From a virus, in IMG/VR virus record IMGVR_UViG_3300020182_000022, positions 1 through 64,000 of that record: 64,000 bases of DNA. The stretch is one strand, 5' to 3'. Below, piece by piece: positions 48,389 through 57,563 of this stretch (positions are counted from its first letter, which is position 1; the number at the start of each line of letters is the position of its first letter). The notes beneath the pieces are model-generated. The model ran no database searches. It was not told the origin of the DNA and saw only the letters and a list, made by a program, of their open reading frames with translations. Both the position numbers and the translations under genes were made by a program.

Positions 48389-49400
48389 TCTGCTTTATTT
48401 TTACCAAGCCTCTCAAACCACAGTAAGTGTTGTCGAGTATAAACTGCTCAGATATATGATCCAACTTGAAATGTACACACATTTCGTTAATATCCTTGAA
48501 TCTCGTTCCAATATCCTTGGGCCATATGAACACACATGATCCAGCTGTAAGTAATGCCTCCGATTTGAGCCGGCTAGCCTGATCATCCCATTGACTGTCA
48601 AGTACCCATACAGATTGCATTAGAAACAGTCTGTCTATTTGAGCTTTTTGTTTTGATGTTAAACTTTCTTTCGATCTCTCTTGAATACCAGCAACAGCAA
48701 CAGAGTTCTTGATGAAAAATGAATCTATAGGACCTTCTGTGATGAATATGTTATCAGCACTTGACTCTATGTTGTTATAATTGAATAATGTCTTGTCACT
48801 GTTCTGCTTAGATAAGTATTTCGGTCGATCTCTATCTGATTCTAGTAATGTTCTTGATTGATAATGCACACTCCGACCGGATCTATCGTAGAATGGCAAT
48901 ATCAATCGATTTTTATGTACAAAATCTGATAGACTCACAAACAAAGCCTTAGGTTTGTTGATCGCAGTGTTCAGACGTCTTGTTACTATTGTATCTATGG
49001 CCTTTCTCACAATATCCTCATCCTTGTAATACATGACCTGTGATCTATCGAATAAATTTATACTATCTTTCGGTAAATCTGGTGTGTCGTACACAGTATC
49101 AGGTGTGGTCTTTGGTATACCATACTCAAAGTCGCATGATTCAATTTGTTGAGCCACTTCCTTGAAGGAAATTTGCTCTACTTCCATCACCCACTTGATA
49201 GGATTACCATACCATCCACAATTGTGACAGCATATCGCCTGATCGTTCGGTATATAATAAGCTCTACGTTTTCTACCCCAACTCTTACCTTCTCTACACA
49301 CAGGACAACCACCGGTATATGTGTTAGTAGATCTCGCATACTTAGGATAACCTGCATGCTGGTAGAACTTTTGTATTACGTACTCTTCTGGTACTATCAT
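48381..49400 (-). CDS. 61: DNA primase (T4 gp61-like)
   Basis: Zinc finger CPVC...CHNC, 'RLILPFY' and TOPRIM 'FITEGPIDSFF...VLD...KDINE'. Confidence 0.92.
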   Translation of the reverse strand: MIVPEEYVIQKFYQHAGYPKYARSTNTYTGGCPVCREGKSWGRKRRAYYIPNDQAICCHNCGWYGNPIKWVMEVEQISFKEVAQQIESCDFEYGIPKTTPDTVYDTPDLPKDSINLFDRSQVMYYKDEDIVRKAIDTIVTRRLNTAINKPKALFVSLSDFVHKNRLILPFYDRSGRSVHYQSRTLLESDRDRPKYLSKQNSDKTLFNYNNIESSADNIFITEGPIDSFFIKNSVAVAGIQERSKESLTSKQKAQIDRLFLMQSVWVLDSQWDDQASRLKSEALLTAGSCVFIWPKDIGTRFKDINEMCVHFKLDHISEQFILDNTYCGLRGLVKIKQIR

Positions 49401-49407
49401 CTATATG

Positions 49408-49436
49408 ATTATAGGTACTGCGAGCGTATAAGGCGA
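49408..49436 (-). promoter_or_regulatory. Sigma70-type promoter TCGCCT-N17-TATAAT
   Basis: Perfect -10 box 7 nt before the primase ATG, with a 17-nt spacer. Confidence 0.6.
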
Positions 49437-49437
49437 C

Positions 49438-49620
49438 TTATACCTTATCTTCTACACTGACAACACCCTTCATCACAAACCGACCGGAATCAGGACAGAT
49501 CCAGTGAGCTTCCGTATAAACTTGATTTCCGGTTTCTCTTTTAACGATCCGGGGTTTAATTGGAGATCCACTGAAAGGAGAAGGGATTATCTTGGGTTGT
49601 ACTAAAGGCATGTCACTCAT
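49438..49620 (-). CDS. Small hypothetical protein (60 aa)
   Basis: 'SPFSG...WICPDSG' degenerate ribbon-like motif. Fills the gap between rnh and primase. Confidence 0.6.
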   Translation of the reverse strand: MSDMPLVQPKIIPSPFSGSPIKPRIVKRETGNQVYTEAHWICPDSGRFVMKGVVSVEDKV

Positions 49621-49627
49621 TACTCTA

Positions 49628-50548
49628 TTATTTATTAAGACCCAGTGAATTTACAATGTCTGCTAGAGTGTTTGTTACAGCTTGAGGAGCGAATGCTGTT
49701 TGCCACACGTTTATATTGTCTAGAGCAGTGTTGATATTGTATTCAGTACACAGATCACGAAATTCATCCATATCACACTCAAGATCTTGAAGTTCATCGT
49801 ACTGCTTCTCGTACAACTCGACATCCTCTGGATGTTCCTTCGGTCCTTGATTGAGGTCTATCATTCTCAAGTTAGTAAAATACGGCTCGAGAGCATCTGC
49901 ATCAACATTCTCCCTAAGCAGGTCGTCAGTCGGGTATTTGTCTACATACTTGCGTGCGGTCTTGGCTCCACATTTATTGATACCAGGTAAATTGTCTGAC
50001 TTGTCACCTATCATAGATTTGTATCGAAGAAATTGATCTATAGGACAACCGGTATGATACTCAAAGTTGAGTTTATCGATCAACACATCCTTCATAGGGC
50101 TATACACAACGTTATTATCGTCTATCAATTGTAACATATCTTGATCAACACTAACAATCACCTTCAGCTCGCCTGACTTCTTAGACATCCAGGATATCAC
50201 ATCATCTGCTTCAAGCACTCCTGGGTACATATTCTTGACACCTAAAGAGGTTAACAAGCGTGTCGTTAGATCCTCATGCTTGAACACAGCTTCATTCTTC
50301 TTCTTGTCTCTGGTACCTTTGTACTCAACAACTTTAGATGATCGCCGGAAGTTAGTGGATGGGTATATAAGCTTTTTATCCCATACTGAGTATACATTAC
50401 TACAGGAAAACTTCTCAACATACTTTTTAATACTAGTTAAAAATATGTATGCTGGATTGACGTTAGTTCTTACGTTTTCCCCTATCCACACTGCTCGGTG
50501 GAGTAGGTTGCTTGAGTCTATTAATATTGTTTTTGGCTTTAGCTTCAT
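49628..50548 (-). CDS. rnh: 5'-3' exonuclease / T4 RNase H-like
   Basis: Contains 'ILIDSSNL', 'YKGTR', 'EADDVI', 'SVDQDMLQL' and 'GDKSDNLPGI..CG.KTA'. Start reassigned to ATG 50548. Confidence 0.9.
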   Translation of the reverse strand: MKLKPKTILIDSSNLLHRAVWIGENVRTNVNPAYIFLTSIKKYVEKFSCSNVYSVWDKKLIYPSTNFRRSSKVVEYKGTRDKKKNEAVFKHEDLTTRLLTSLGVKNMYPGVLEADDVISWMSKKSGELKVIVSVDQDMLQLIDDNNVVYSPMKDVLIDKLNFEYHTGCPIDQFLRYKSMIGDKSDNLPGINKCGAKTARKYVDKYPTDDLLRENVDADALEPYFTNLRMIDLNQGPKEHPEDVELYEKQYDELQDLECDMDEFRDLCTEYNINTALDNINVWQTAFAPQAVTNTLADIVNSLGLNK

Positions 50549-50858
50549 TATATTGTGCACGACAGATGTCATATACATTATACGGTATTTTCTCTAAATG
50601 CTCAACTATTTTGTTTGTAATTCCGGTTTCCCATTTGTCTAGTGGTACTTCGATGTATTTGTTGTCAGGTAAACTCAAGCAATATATATTGTTCTCATCC
50701 TTGTGCATATATACCCAGAACTCTCCACGAAATGTACCTGATGATACCGCAAATATCGAACGCTCCAACGGATCAGCATTCTTGGCGATTTTACGCTTCC
50801 ATAACTCTTTAGCGTAATTGATCACTGATGTTTCTAATGCATCTATGAAGACTGTCAA
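50463..50858 (-). CDS. Hypothetical protein
   Basis: Fills the space between the reductase and rnh. Start uncertain. Confidence 0.55.
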   Translation of the reverse strand: MTVFIDALETSVINYAKELWKRKIAKNADPLERSIFAVSSGTFRGEFWVYMHKDENNIYCLSLPDNKYIEVPLDKWETGITNKIVEHLEKIPYNVYDICRAQYNEAKAKNNINRLKQPTPPSSVDRGKRKN

Positions 50859-51681
50859 ATGTGTTGGGTAATCTCAAGTTGTATGATGCCGCTTTACTAT
50901 CATCTAGCACACAATTCGATCTTCCAGTAGCAGTCATCTTTTTCAGTTCTTCATATTCAATGGTTTTCCAGTTAGGGTTTCCAATACCATACTGTTCCAT
51001 TATTTTTGTTATTTCTTGAGTGCTAATTTCCTGCGGGTTCACCACATTGTAAATTCCAGGTTTTAAATTGCTTATATTCTCGTTGATATCTGCCATCATC
51101 AAGAGACAAAAACCGCATAGATCTTCGATATTAGTTAGTGAGTTGACTTTGTTGATTATCTTGTCATACTTACGAAGTTTCATTATGATGTTACGCTCAC
51201 TAGGAGTCTCACAAAATGGCATTCGTATACGGAGAATATATACCGGGGTGTCTCTCAGCATCATCTCACATGCATGTTTGGTCTTGCTGTACCAACTACT
51301 AGATGTGCTCAATAGACCGAAATCCGGTTCATCTTCTTCAGTGTATCTCCTGTCATAACCATCATATATACATCCACTAGAAATATGTATCATTTTAGTA
51401 CCAACATCCTTGCAGACCTTCTGTATATTAACCGGTACGATCACATTATAATACCAAGTATCCTCTCTGTTGGCTTCACAAGCGTCTACGTTGGGTCTCC
51501 CAGTGTAACCGCATGTGTTGATAACATATGCGTACTGAGCTTTCGACATGTGATTAAATAGCGTGCTTCTGTCTGTGTAATCTAGATCTGCTCTAGACAA
51601 TATAGTCACATCATAACATGTACCCATGGCTTTAGCTATATTCTGTCCGACATATCCTTTTCCTAGGATTAATACTTTCAT
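50809..51681 (-). CDS. NDP-4-keto-6-deoxyglucose 3,5-epimerase/4-reductase (RmlD/NRS-ER-like, rhamnose synthesis)
   Basis: Rossmann GKGYVG, 'GYTGRPNVDACE', 'HISSGCIY', catalytic YSKTK and 'LRIRMP'. Confidence 0.85.
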   Translation of the reverse strand: MKVLILGKGYVGQNIAKAMGTCYDVTILSRADLDYTDRSTLFNHMSKAQYAYVINTCGYTGRPNVDACEANREDTWYYNVIVPVNIQKVCKDVGTKMIHISSGCIYDGYDRRYTEEDEPDFGLLSTSSSWYSKTKHACEMMLRDTPVYILRIRMPFCETPSERNIIMKLRKYDKIINKVNSLTNIEDLCGFCLLMMADINENISNLKPGIYNVVNPQEISTQEITKIMEQYGIGNPNWKTIEYEELKKMTATGRSNCVLDDSKAASYNLRLPNTFDSLHRCIRNISDQLR

Positions 51682-51689
51682 GAATCTAC

Positions 51690-52070
51690 TTAATACAATG
51701 GTGGTTGTTGAGGTGGAGGGTCAACATACTTCATCAAGAATTTTTGTAACGCTGTGCCTAATGAGTCACTATCCTTGACTGTAGGGGCATTTACTAATGT
51801 TACTGGCTCTCCAGCACATGTGTATCCTAACAACACGAAACAACTTAAATGCTCCTCAATGAAGGAGTTTATAACTGTTATCTGTTTCTGAGATAACCGT
51901 TTTTTCTGAGCATACTCAATCAGATTAGCTTCTAGAGCCTTTTGTATTTTTCTCTTGTACTCATCATCACCTTTTTGCTTGACTGGCTTTGATTTATTCA
52001 CTACCTTCTTCTTTCGAGTGGTTGGCTTTTTTGATTCAGGTGTTTCGTCGTCTTCAGTTGTCATGTGCAT
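51690..52070 (-). CDS. Hypothetical protein
   Basis: Lys-rich N-terminus and globular C-terminus. Start at ATG 52070 or 52064. Confidence 0.6.
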   Translation of the reverse strand: MHMTTEDDETPESKKPTTRKKKVVNKSKPVKQKGDDEYKRKIQKALEANLIEYAQKKRLSQKQITVINSFIEEHLSCFVLLGYTCAGEPVTLVNAPTVKDSDSLGTALQKFLMKYVDPPPQQPPLY

Positions 52071-52071
52071 A

Positions 52072-52401
52072 TCATTCAACCGGTTTTGCGTACAGACTAT
52101 CGTCCGCAACAATGCCTTTTTTCGATAACAGGTTAATCAGCACCTCCATGCTGTTTGTTTTGAGTGTCAAGTTCTTTTGAAATCGCAATCCACCGTCATT
52201 TACTTCAAATTCAGGTATGTCACCTAATTGCTCTCTATTGACTATACAAGTTATAAATACAGACTCGATACTAGGGTTGATCATGACGGTCCATTTTCTA
52301 GGATCTTCCATGGAATATTTATTCATGATCTCCCACACGATGTATCCGCAATCCTTTAACCTCTTTTTGAAGTATGATAGTGTATGTACTTTGTTCTTCA
52401 T
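52072..52401 (-). CDS. Hypothetical protein
   Basis: Start reassigned to ATG 52401 (MKNKVHTLSY). Confidence 0.65.
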   Translation of the reverse strand: MKNKVHTLSYFKKRLKDCGYIVWEIMNKYSMEDPRKWTVMINPSIESVFITCIVNREQLGDIPEFEVNDGGLRFQKNLTLKTNSMEVLINLLSKKGIVADDSLYAKPVE

Positions 52402-52411
52402 ATATAAACAA

Positions 52412-53149
52412 TTATCCGACATACCCGGAGGATACTACTGTAATCTTGGTATTATCTGTGTCTATCTGAAATAAGAACACGTTTAGTGTTGGATTCACAT
52501 TGACTTTGAGAGAATCAAACCGGATACTACTTATGATACGAATGGTTTCAAAACTCAATGCTAACGGTGCCTCTAGATCATCACCCTTGTATTCGCTGGC
52601 GATTTCTTGAGTGTAACTATCAACATTATGTCGTTGATGATCAGTCAGTGTACCTAATACTTTACCTTCTTCAGTAGAGAAATAAATCTTGTTGGTGTCT
52701 GTCGTGAATGTACTACCTTTCACCAATTGATTGATGCAGTTATCATTAACAGTAAACCGGAATGGAAAGTCAATCTTTTTGATCTTGTTAATATCAACGG
52801 ATGGTGGATCTATGATACCATCTTCTAATAGATGATACTTGAATCCTACGGCACCGGATTTATACTCGATATTATTGTTGTTAAACTTGAGAAATATATC
52901 TTCATCTGGAATACAGGACAATACCTTTATAAGTTTGTTTATATCTGGGATGTTCAGAAATATAGTCTCATCGACTTCGTTATCTTGATCGATCGAGCAG
53001 TTTACAATCAGAGTACCATCGTTTGATGAGCTCAATGTATTGTACTCGTTCTTACGAACTTTAATGACTGTGTTTTCAGTTAACTTTCCTATGGGAGACA
53101 GGAAGTTATTGATAAACCTACTCTTGTTTTTTAGATTGAGTTGTTGCAT
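52412..53149 (-). CDS. 45: Sliding clamp (T4 gp45-like)
   Basis: 245 aa, beta-rich. 'LNIPDINKLIKVLS' and 'FKYHL...I..P' match the gp45 pattern, and it lies in the replication cluster. Confidence 0.75.
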   Translation of the reverse strand: MQQLNLKNKSRFINNFLSPIGKLTENTVIKVRKNEYNTLSSSNDGTLIVNCSIDQDNEVDETIFLNIPDINKLIKVLSCIPDEDIFLKFNNNNIEYKSGAVGFKYHLLEDGIIDPPSVDINKIKKIDFPFRFTVNDNCINQLVKGSTFTTDTNKIYFSTEEGKVLGTLTDHQRHNVDSYTQEIASEYKGDDLEAPLALSFETIRIISSIRFDSLKVNVNPTLNVFLFQIDTDNTKITVVSSGYVG

Positions 53150-53690
53150 CTATTAATTTTAATGTGATTGATTTCGTGTTCTTTGCGATTTCAGTTGATA
53201 TGATATCTAGAATAGTCGACGGGTCCTTGAACTCACCTTTGATCTTGACAGTATTGATGCTATAACTGATTCCTCTCTTAAACTTCTCTACTTTTTTGTA
53301 ACTCTCAACGACAGCTTCTAGAGCTCTGACCCTTTTCTCTAATTCAGTTGTATATGTGTTGTTTTGATGAGCCGGTACTCCAGCACTCGGAATTGGTGCT
53401 GGAGGTGGTATTGAGTATGCTTGTTGTGGAATGTGTTGAGGTGGTTGATGATTAGTTGGTTGATCGATCACTGCACCATTAGCTGTAGCAATCTTCTGCA
53501 AGGCTAGCTTTGGGTCCATTTGTTTTGCTTGAACACCACCTAGGTTTCTTTTATCAATCTCCCCTAATGCACCATTGACGGTACCAAGTAGACCAGCGAC
53601 TGCCAAGACATCTTCCCTGTCCATAGGGATTGGAGTCTCATGATCACGGCCTTGTTGATATGGATTTGGTTGGTCGTTGTTCTCAGGCAT
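53118..53690 (-). CDS. Hypothetical protein
   Basis: Pro/Gln-rich linker and coiled coil. Lies between gp32 and gp45. Confidence 0.65.
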   Translation of the reverse strand: MPENNDQPNPYQQGRDHETPIPMDREDVLAVAGLLGTVNGALGEIDKRNLGGVQAKQMDPKLALQKIATANGAVIDQPTNHQPPQHIPQQAYSIPPPAPIPSAGVPAHQNNTYTTELEKRVRALEAVVESYKKVEKFKRGISYSINTVKIKGEFKDPSTILDIISTEIAKNTKSITLKLIDATTQSKKQE

Positions 53691-54564
53691 CGTCTAGACC
53701 GGCAAGTAGTTCTTTCACTTTATCATCTTCCAAAGGATCTTCGTCAGTATCAGATGCAGAAGGAGTATCACCCATTGGAATCTCATCATCGTCATCGTCC
53801 TCAACAGTATTAGCAACTGGAGCAGCTACTGGAGTTGGGGTGGCTACAACTTCATTAGGATCAACACAATGAAAATGCTCGTCAAGCATGGCTTTGAGTT
53901 CTTCATATGTTTTGGTCCTGAAAGTTTCTTTCAAGTCATGACCTCCAGCGTAAATTTCTTTGATTCTAGAATCATCCAGTCCTGGTATTTCAGAAGGAAA
54001 CAAGAACTTACTTGAAACGTAAGTAGGAAAGTCACCTTGCTTGTCACATCGGATCCTGAACGTACATCCTTTGTCAGACAAGTCGAAGATCTTCTCACCA
54101 AACTGATCTGAGTCTTCACCAGTAATACCTTCCATGATAATCTTATGAAGCTGTTTACCAAATCGCAAGATCTTGACAGTGTCGTTATTTTCTGGGTCAG
54201 CAGGATCGTTCACAACATAAACATTAACTAACCAGTTCTCCCGGCGATAAATTGCTTCAGATTTAGCTTTCTCTTCAGCTGTACCACCACGGTATATTTT
54301 CAATCGATGTTCTGCGATTGGATCTCTGTCACCCCAAGTAGTCGGGCTCACTGCAGTCACATATTGACCTGTACTATATGATGTCCAACCGTGGCTGTAG
54401 TAATGATAAAATGTATTGGCTGGGTCCTCGATATCAGGAAGAAATCGTACTTCATACGAGTTACCAGGTTTGGTTCTGAGGATATCAGCAGTCTTGTTTG
54501 AAGACCCTTCTTTAGATAGTGCATCTTTGATGCTAGCGAACATAGATTTTGTAAATGTACTCAT
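53683..54564 (-). CDS. 32: Single-stranded DNA-binding protein (T4 gp32-like)
   Basis: Contains 'VRFLP', 'NVYVVNDP.DPENN..VKILRFGKQL', 'FDL...G..FR' and 'Y.SSKF', with an acidic C-terminal tail. Confidence 0.92.
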   Translation of the reverse strand: MSTFTKSMFASIKDALSKEGSSNKTADILRTKPGNSYEVRFLPDIEDPANTFYHYYSHGWTSYSTGQYVTAVSPTTWGDRDPIAEHRLKIYRGGTAEEKAKSEAIYRRENWLVNVYVVNDPADPENNDTVKILRFGKQLHKIIMEGITGEDSDQFGEKIFDLSDKGCTFRIRCDKQGDFPTYVSSKFLFPSEIPGLDDSRIKEIYAGGHDLKETFRTKTYEELKAMLDEHFHCVDPNEVVATPTPVAAPVANTVEDDDDDEIPMGDTPSASDTDEDPLEDDKVKELLAGLDDA

Positions 54565-54597
54565 ATATTATTTGTTTTAGTTATTAGTTGTATAGTT

Positions 54598-54626
54598 ATT
54601 ATATGATCTCATAGAACTATATGCAA
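54598..54626 (-). promoter_or_regulatory. Sigma70-type promoter TTGCAT-N17-TATAAT
   Basis: Upstream of gp32, 33 nt before the ATG. Confidence 0.75.
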
Positions 54627-54635
54627 CTTTTAAAA

Positions 54636-54971
54636 TTATTTCTTTGTTTTCAGACTATCCATAAACTCTTTTGTGGTCATTGAGTTGGATTTCTTTTTGT
54701 ATATTCTGTAACATGTTAACGCTTTCATCGTGTTGTAGAATCTTATATCATACTCATACGGCTCTGGATATACCTTGAATGGAGCAGTGAAGAATTCATC
54801 GATATTTATATTATCGAATTTCATGAATAGTTTGGCTAATTTTCTCACGTGTCCGTACTCTGGCTTGGCTTCGAAGTCATCCCATTTTTGCCTTAACTTG
54901 AACGGTTTACCGTTTTTAGAGCGAACGGTAGCTAACCACGTGTTATAAATTCTCTTCTCTAGTGAGGTCAA
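54636..54971 (-). CDS. Possible short helicase loader (gp59 N-terminal-like)
   Basis: Sits immediately upstream of gp32 as gene 59 does in T4. Weak resemblance ('FEAKPEYGHVRKLAKLF'). TTG start. Confidence 0.35.
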   Translation of the reverse strand: MTSLEKRIYNTWLATVRSKNGKPFKLRQKWDDFEAKPEYGHVRKLAKLFMKFDNINIDEFFTAPFKVYPEPYEYDIRFYNTMKALTCYRIYKKKSNSMTTKEFMDSLKTKK

Positions 54972-54973
54972 AG

Positions 54974-55288
54974 CTAAAATTTTAAATTTAAATCTGGATT
55001 CGCTTGGATGTAGTTTCTGATATACTTAGATCTATACAATGTAGGATCATGTTTAAGAAAGCATTTGAGTACATCATAATCTGTATCGACATCACATACC
55101 ATCTTGAATGTGTCTCTCAACTCCTTCTCTCTCAACAACCATAAAAATATATTAGGTAGATTCATCTTCTTGTTCTTAACAATGCAAACATACGAACAGA
55201 AACCTAAAAATAGATGAAGATATTCACCTTGATATGTATTGTTAACAGGATCACCATTTCCTATCATTCCGCTTATTATGTCGCTCAT
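54974..55288 (-). CDS. Hypothetical protein
   Basis: ORF coupled to the DHH gene by an ATGA overlap. Confidence 0.65.
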   Translation of the reverse strand: MSDIISGMIGNGDPVNNTYQGEYLHLFLGFCSYVCIVKNKKMNLPNIFLWLLREKELRDTFKMVCDVDTDYDVLKCFLKHDPTLYRSKYIRNYIQANPDLNLKF

Positions 55289-56226
55289 GTAACTACAGGG
55301 GATAAAAGTTTCGTTAAGGTTAGTACCTTATCAGTTAATTGACCTCCGGAAGCATATGGATGGCCTCCACCTTCTGCTATGCTGCTAGCTAATTTTCCTA
55401 AGTCAACTTCCGGGCATTTCTCTTTGTTCACTCTGAAACTAACTCTTTTAGTATTCATATTCATTACCATCACTATGTCACATTCATAACTGTTTATAAC
55501 ATGGTGAGCCACTTCATTCAGACTCTCACTAGCCATTGTTGCGAATAAATTATATTTTTTACCATTCAATGGCAGCTTTCCTTCAAATACTTGCAATTCT
55601 GATATGACTCGAGCAACCTTTTTCTTGTTCAAAGCGATCATGTTTAAATGTGATTGATTGAATCCTTTGAATCCGTTTCCGAAGTCTCTGGTGAATTGTT
55701 CTGCACGTTGTCCTACATAATTCCATAAAATCACATTCAACTCATATGACCCCTTGACCTGTAATTTGTAGCTATCATAATCATCAATCATCAATATCAA
55801 TAACTTCTGATAATCAGTTAATGTTCTCTTCTCGTATTTCTTTCTCAGCAAATCATACAACAACTTGCAGCAGGATGTGTACTCAGACAATATAGTCGTG
55901 GCTTTTTTGTACTTATCTTTATTCTGCACGTGTGTGTCGTGATGATCCACTATCGATACATTCTCATGATCAACTAAGTCTAGATTATTTTGACTCACGT
56001 CTAGATCAAATATGTAAACCTTGTCGTAATCCTCGATTTTGTTCTTCATCGACCACGCTGAGAACGTTTTACGAAAATTAGACTGAGAACATATTTCATG
56101 CTCTACATTCTTCATACCAGTAAACCACCGGAACACTAAGTATGAACCTATTCCATCTAAATCACAATCTGAAAATATAATACATTTTTTCACCACGTCT
56201 ATTGTATATTTATTAGTGGTGCTCAC
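55285..56226 (-). CDS. DHH/DHHA1 family phosphoesterase
   Basis: Contains 'DCDLDG', 'IFDL', 'IVDHH', 'SFR' and 'GGGHPYASG'. The true start may be GTG 56196. Confidence 0.88.
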   Translation of the reverse strand: MSTTNKYTIDVVKKCIIFSDCDLDGIGSYLVFRWFTGMKNVEHEICSQSNFRKTFSAWSMKNKIEDYDKVYIFDLDVSQNNLDLVDHENVSIVDHHDTHVQNKDKYKKATTILSEYTSCCKLLYDLLRKKYEKRTLTDYQKLLILMIDDYDSYKLQVKGSYELNVILWNYVGQRAEQFTRDFGNGFKGFNQSHLNMIALNKKKVARVISELQVFEGKLPLNGKKYNLFATMASESLNEVAHHVINSYECDIVMVMNMNTKRVSFRVNKEKCPEVDLGKLASSIAEGGGHPYASGGQLTDKVLTLTKLLSPVVT

Positions 56227-56234
56227 GGTTGCAA

Positions 56235-57563
56235 CTAGATAGACAGATCGTCTAGAGATTGGATAGTGTCAGTCATGTCAATGTTTTGTAACTGCACGCT
56301 AGCTTCCTTGAGAGTCAACGTATCATAGTCAATCTCCATAGCGATACTACCGTAATTCTCACCAAATCGATTTTTCATCACACCTAATTTGATCACACCC
56401 ATCTCAATATCCTCTTCTTCTCTCCATATACTGAATATCGCATCTGCAGTTGCTGCTAAACCATAACTCTCACCAACAGTATCAAGTCCAGGATTGACTT
56501 CATTGTAACCAGCTCTGTTTAACTGTGTCGCGGTGATGATAGGACATTCATATACATATGATAATGCTCTTAGTTCTTCAGTCGCGTACTTTATACGTTC
56601 ATAAGAGTTGGTTCCTATGTCACTCTTGAGCAAGTTGACGTAATCGATCACGATCGCGTCTAATTTGACTCCTCTGTCGATAAGTTTCTTGATATAACCT
56701 TTGATGTGTCTGCAACTCACTGTGCTAGGAGGGAACTCTTTTACTATTATTTGAGCTCTCTTGTTATTCTGTTTGTATTGATTGACTGAATCTTCAATAT
56801 CATCAGTACGTCGATGTAATGCTCGAATTGGTATCTGAGTCAAGTTTGTGGTTATTCTTTTAGCATACACTAGCTCACTCATCTCGAGACTTATTAGTAA
56901 TACAGTCTTGCCTTGATCAGCAATGTTCTTGGCGATGTTACCTAAGAATATACTCTTACCAATATTAGTCTCACCGGCGAACACATACAATGCTCTACCA
57001 TGTTCCAAGAAACCACCATCTAACTTCTTGTCTAACCAAGGCCAGCCGCATGCTATAGTATCATCTTTGGTGTTCAAATCTGTTATGTGTTGTTCTATGT
57101 CATTGAAGTAATCTAAACCTATGTCTGTAGCTAATGTTATGTTACAAGCTTTCTCAAATTTAGTTAATATACTACTAGTATCTACATCTTGATCGCCAGC
57201 TGAATCAGCCACTTCTAATAATGTGTTGAACACTGCTTTCTCTTTGAGAAATTTTTCTGTGTTCTCGTAAAGTTCATCCTTGTTGAAATGTCTGTCAAAT
57301 CCTTCGAATAATGCTGCTACACTCTTGAAGCTATTTTTTAATTCTGGTGTTGTCAGATATCCTTTGATTTCAGTTAACGTAGGAGACACACTTCTCTTCT
57401 CGTAGAAGTCTGTGACAATCTGTACCACGTTCTTGATATCTTTATTGCTAAAGAACTTACCATCTAAGTGATCAACTATACTTGACAGATATGCTTCATC
57501 TGTTAGCATATTGTAAGCTATAACGACCTCATAGAAGTCTCCATCTAGTGAATTTTTATTCAT
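56235..57563 (-). CDS. 41: Replicative DNA helicase (T4 gp41 / DnaB-like)
   Basis: Walker A 'AGETNIGKS', 'ISLEM', 'IVIDYVNL', 'TATQLNR', 'ESYGLAATAD' and 'KNRFG'. Confidence 0.95.
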   Translation of the reverse strand: MNKNSLDGDFYEVVIAYNMLTDEAYLSSIVDHLDGKFFSNKDIKNVVQIVTDFYEKRSVSPTLTEIKGYLTTPELKNSFKSVAALFEGFDRHFNKDELYENTEKFLKEKAVFNTLLEVADSAGDQDVDTSSILTKFEKACNITLATDIGLDYFNDIEQHITDLNTKDDTIACGWPWLDKKLDGGFLEHGRALYVFAGETNIGKSIFLGNIAKNIADQGKTVLLISLEMSELVYAKRITTNLTQIPIRALHRRTDDIEDSVNQYKQNNKRAQIIVKEFPPSTVSCRHIKGYIKKLIDRGVKLDAIVIDYVNLLKSDIGTNSYERIKYATEELRALSYVYECPIITATQLNRAGYNEVNPGLDTVGESYGLAATADAIFSIWREEEDIEMGVIKLGVMKNRFGENYGSIAMEIDYDTLTLKEASVQLQNIDMTDTIQSLDDLSI

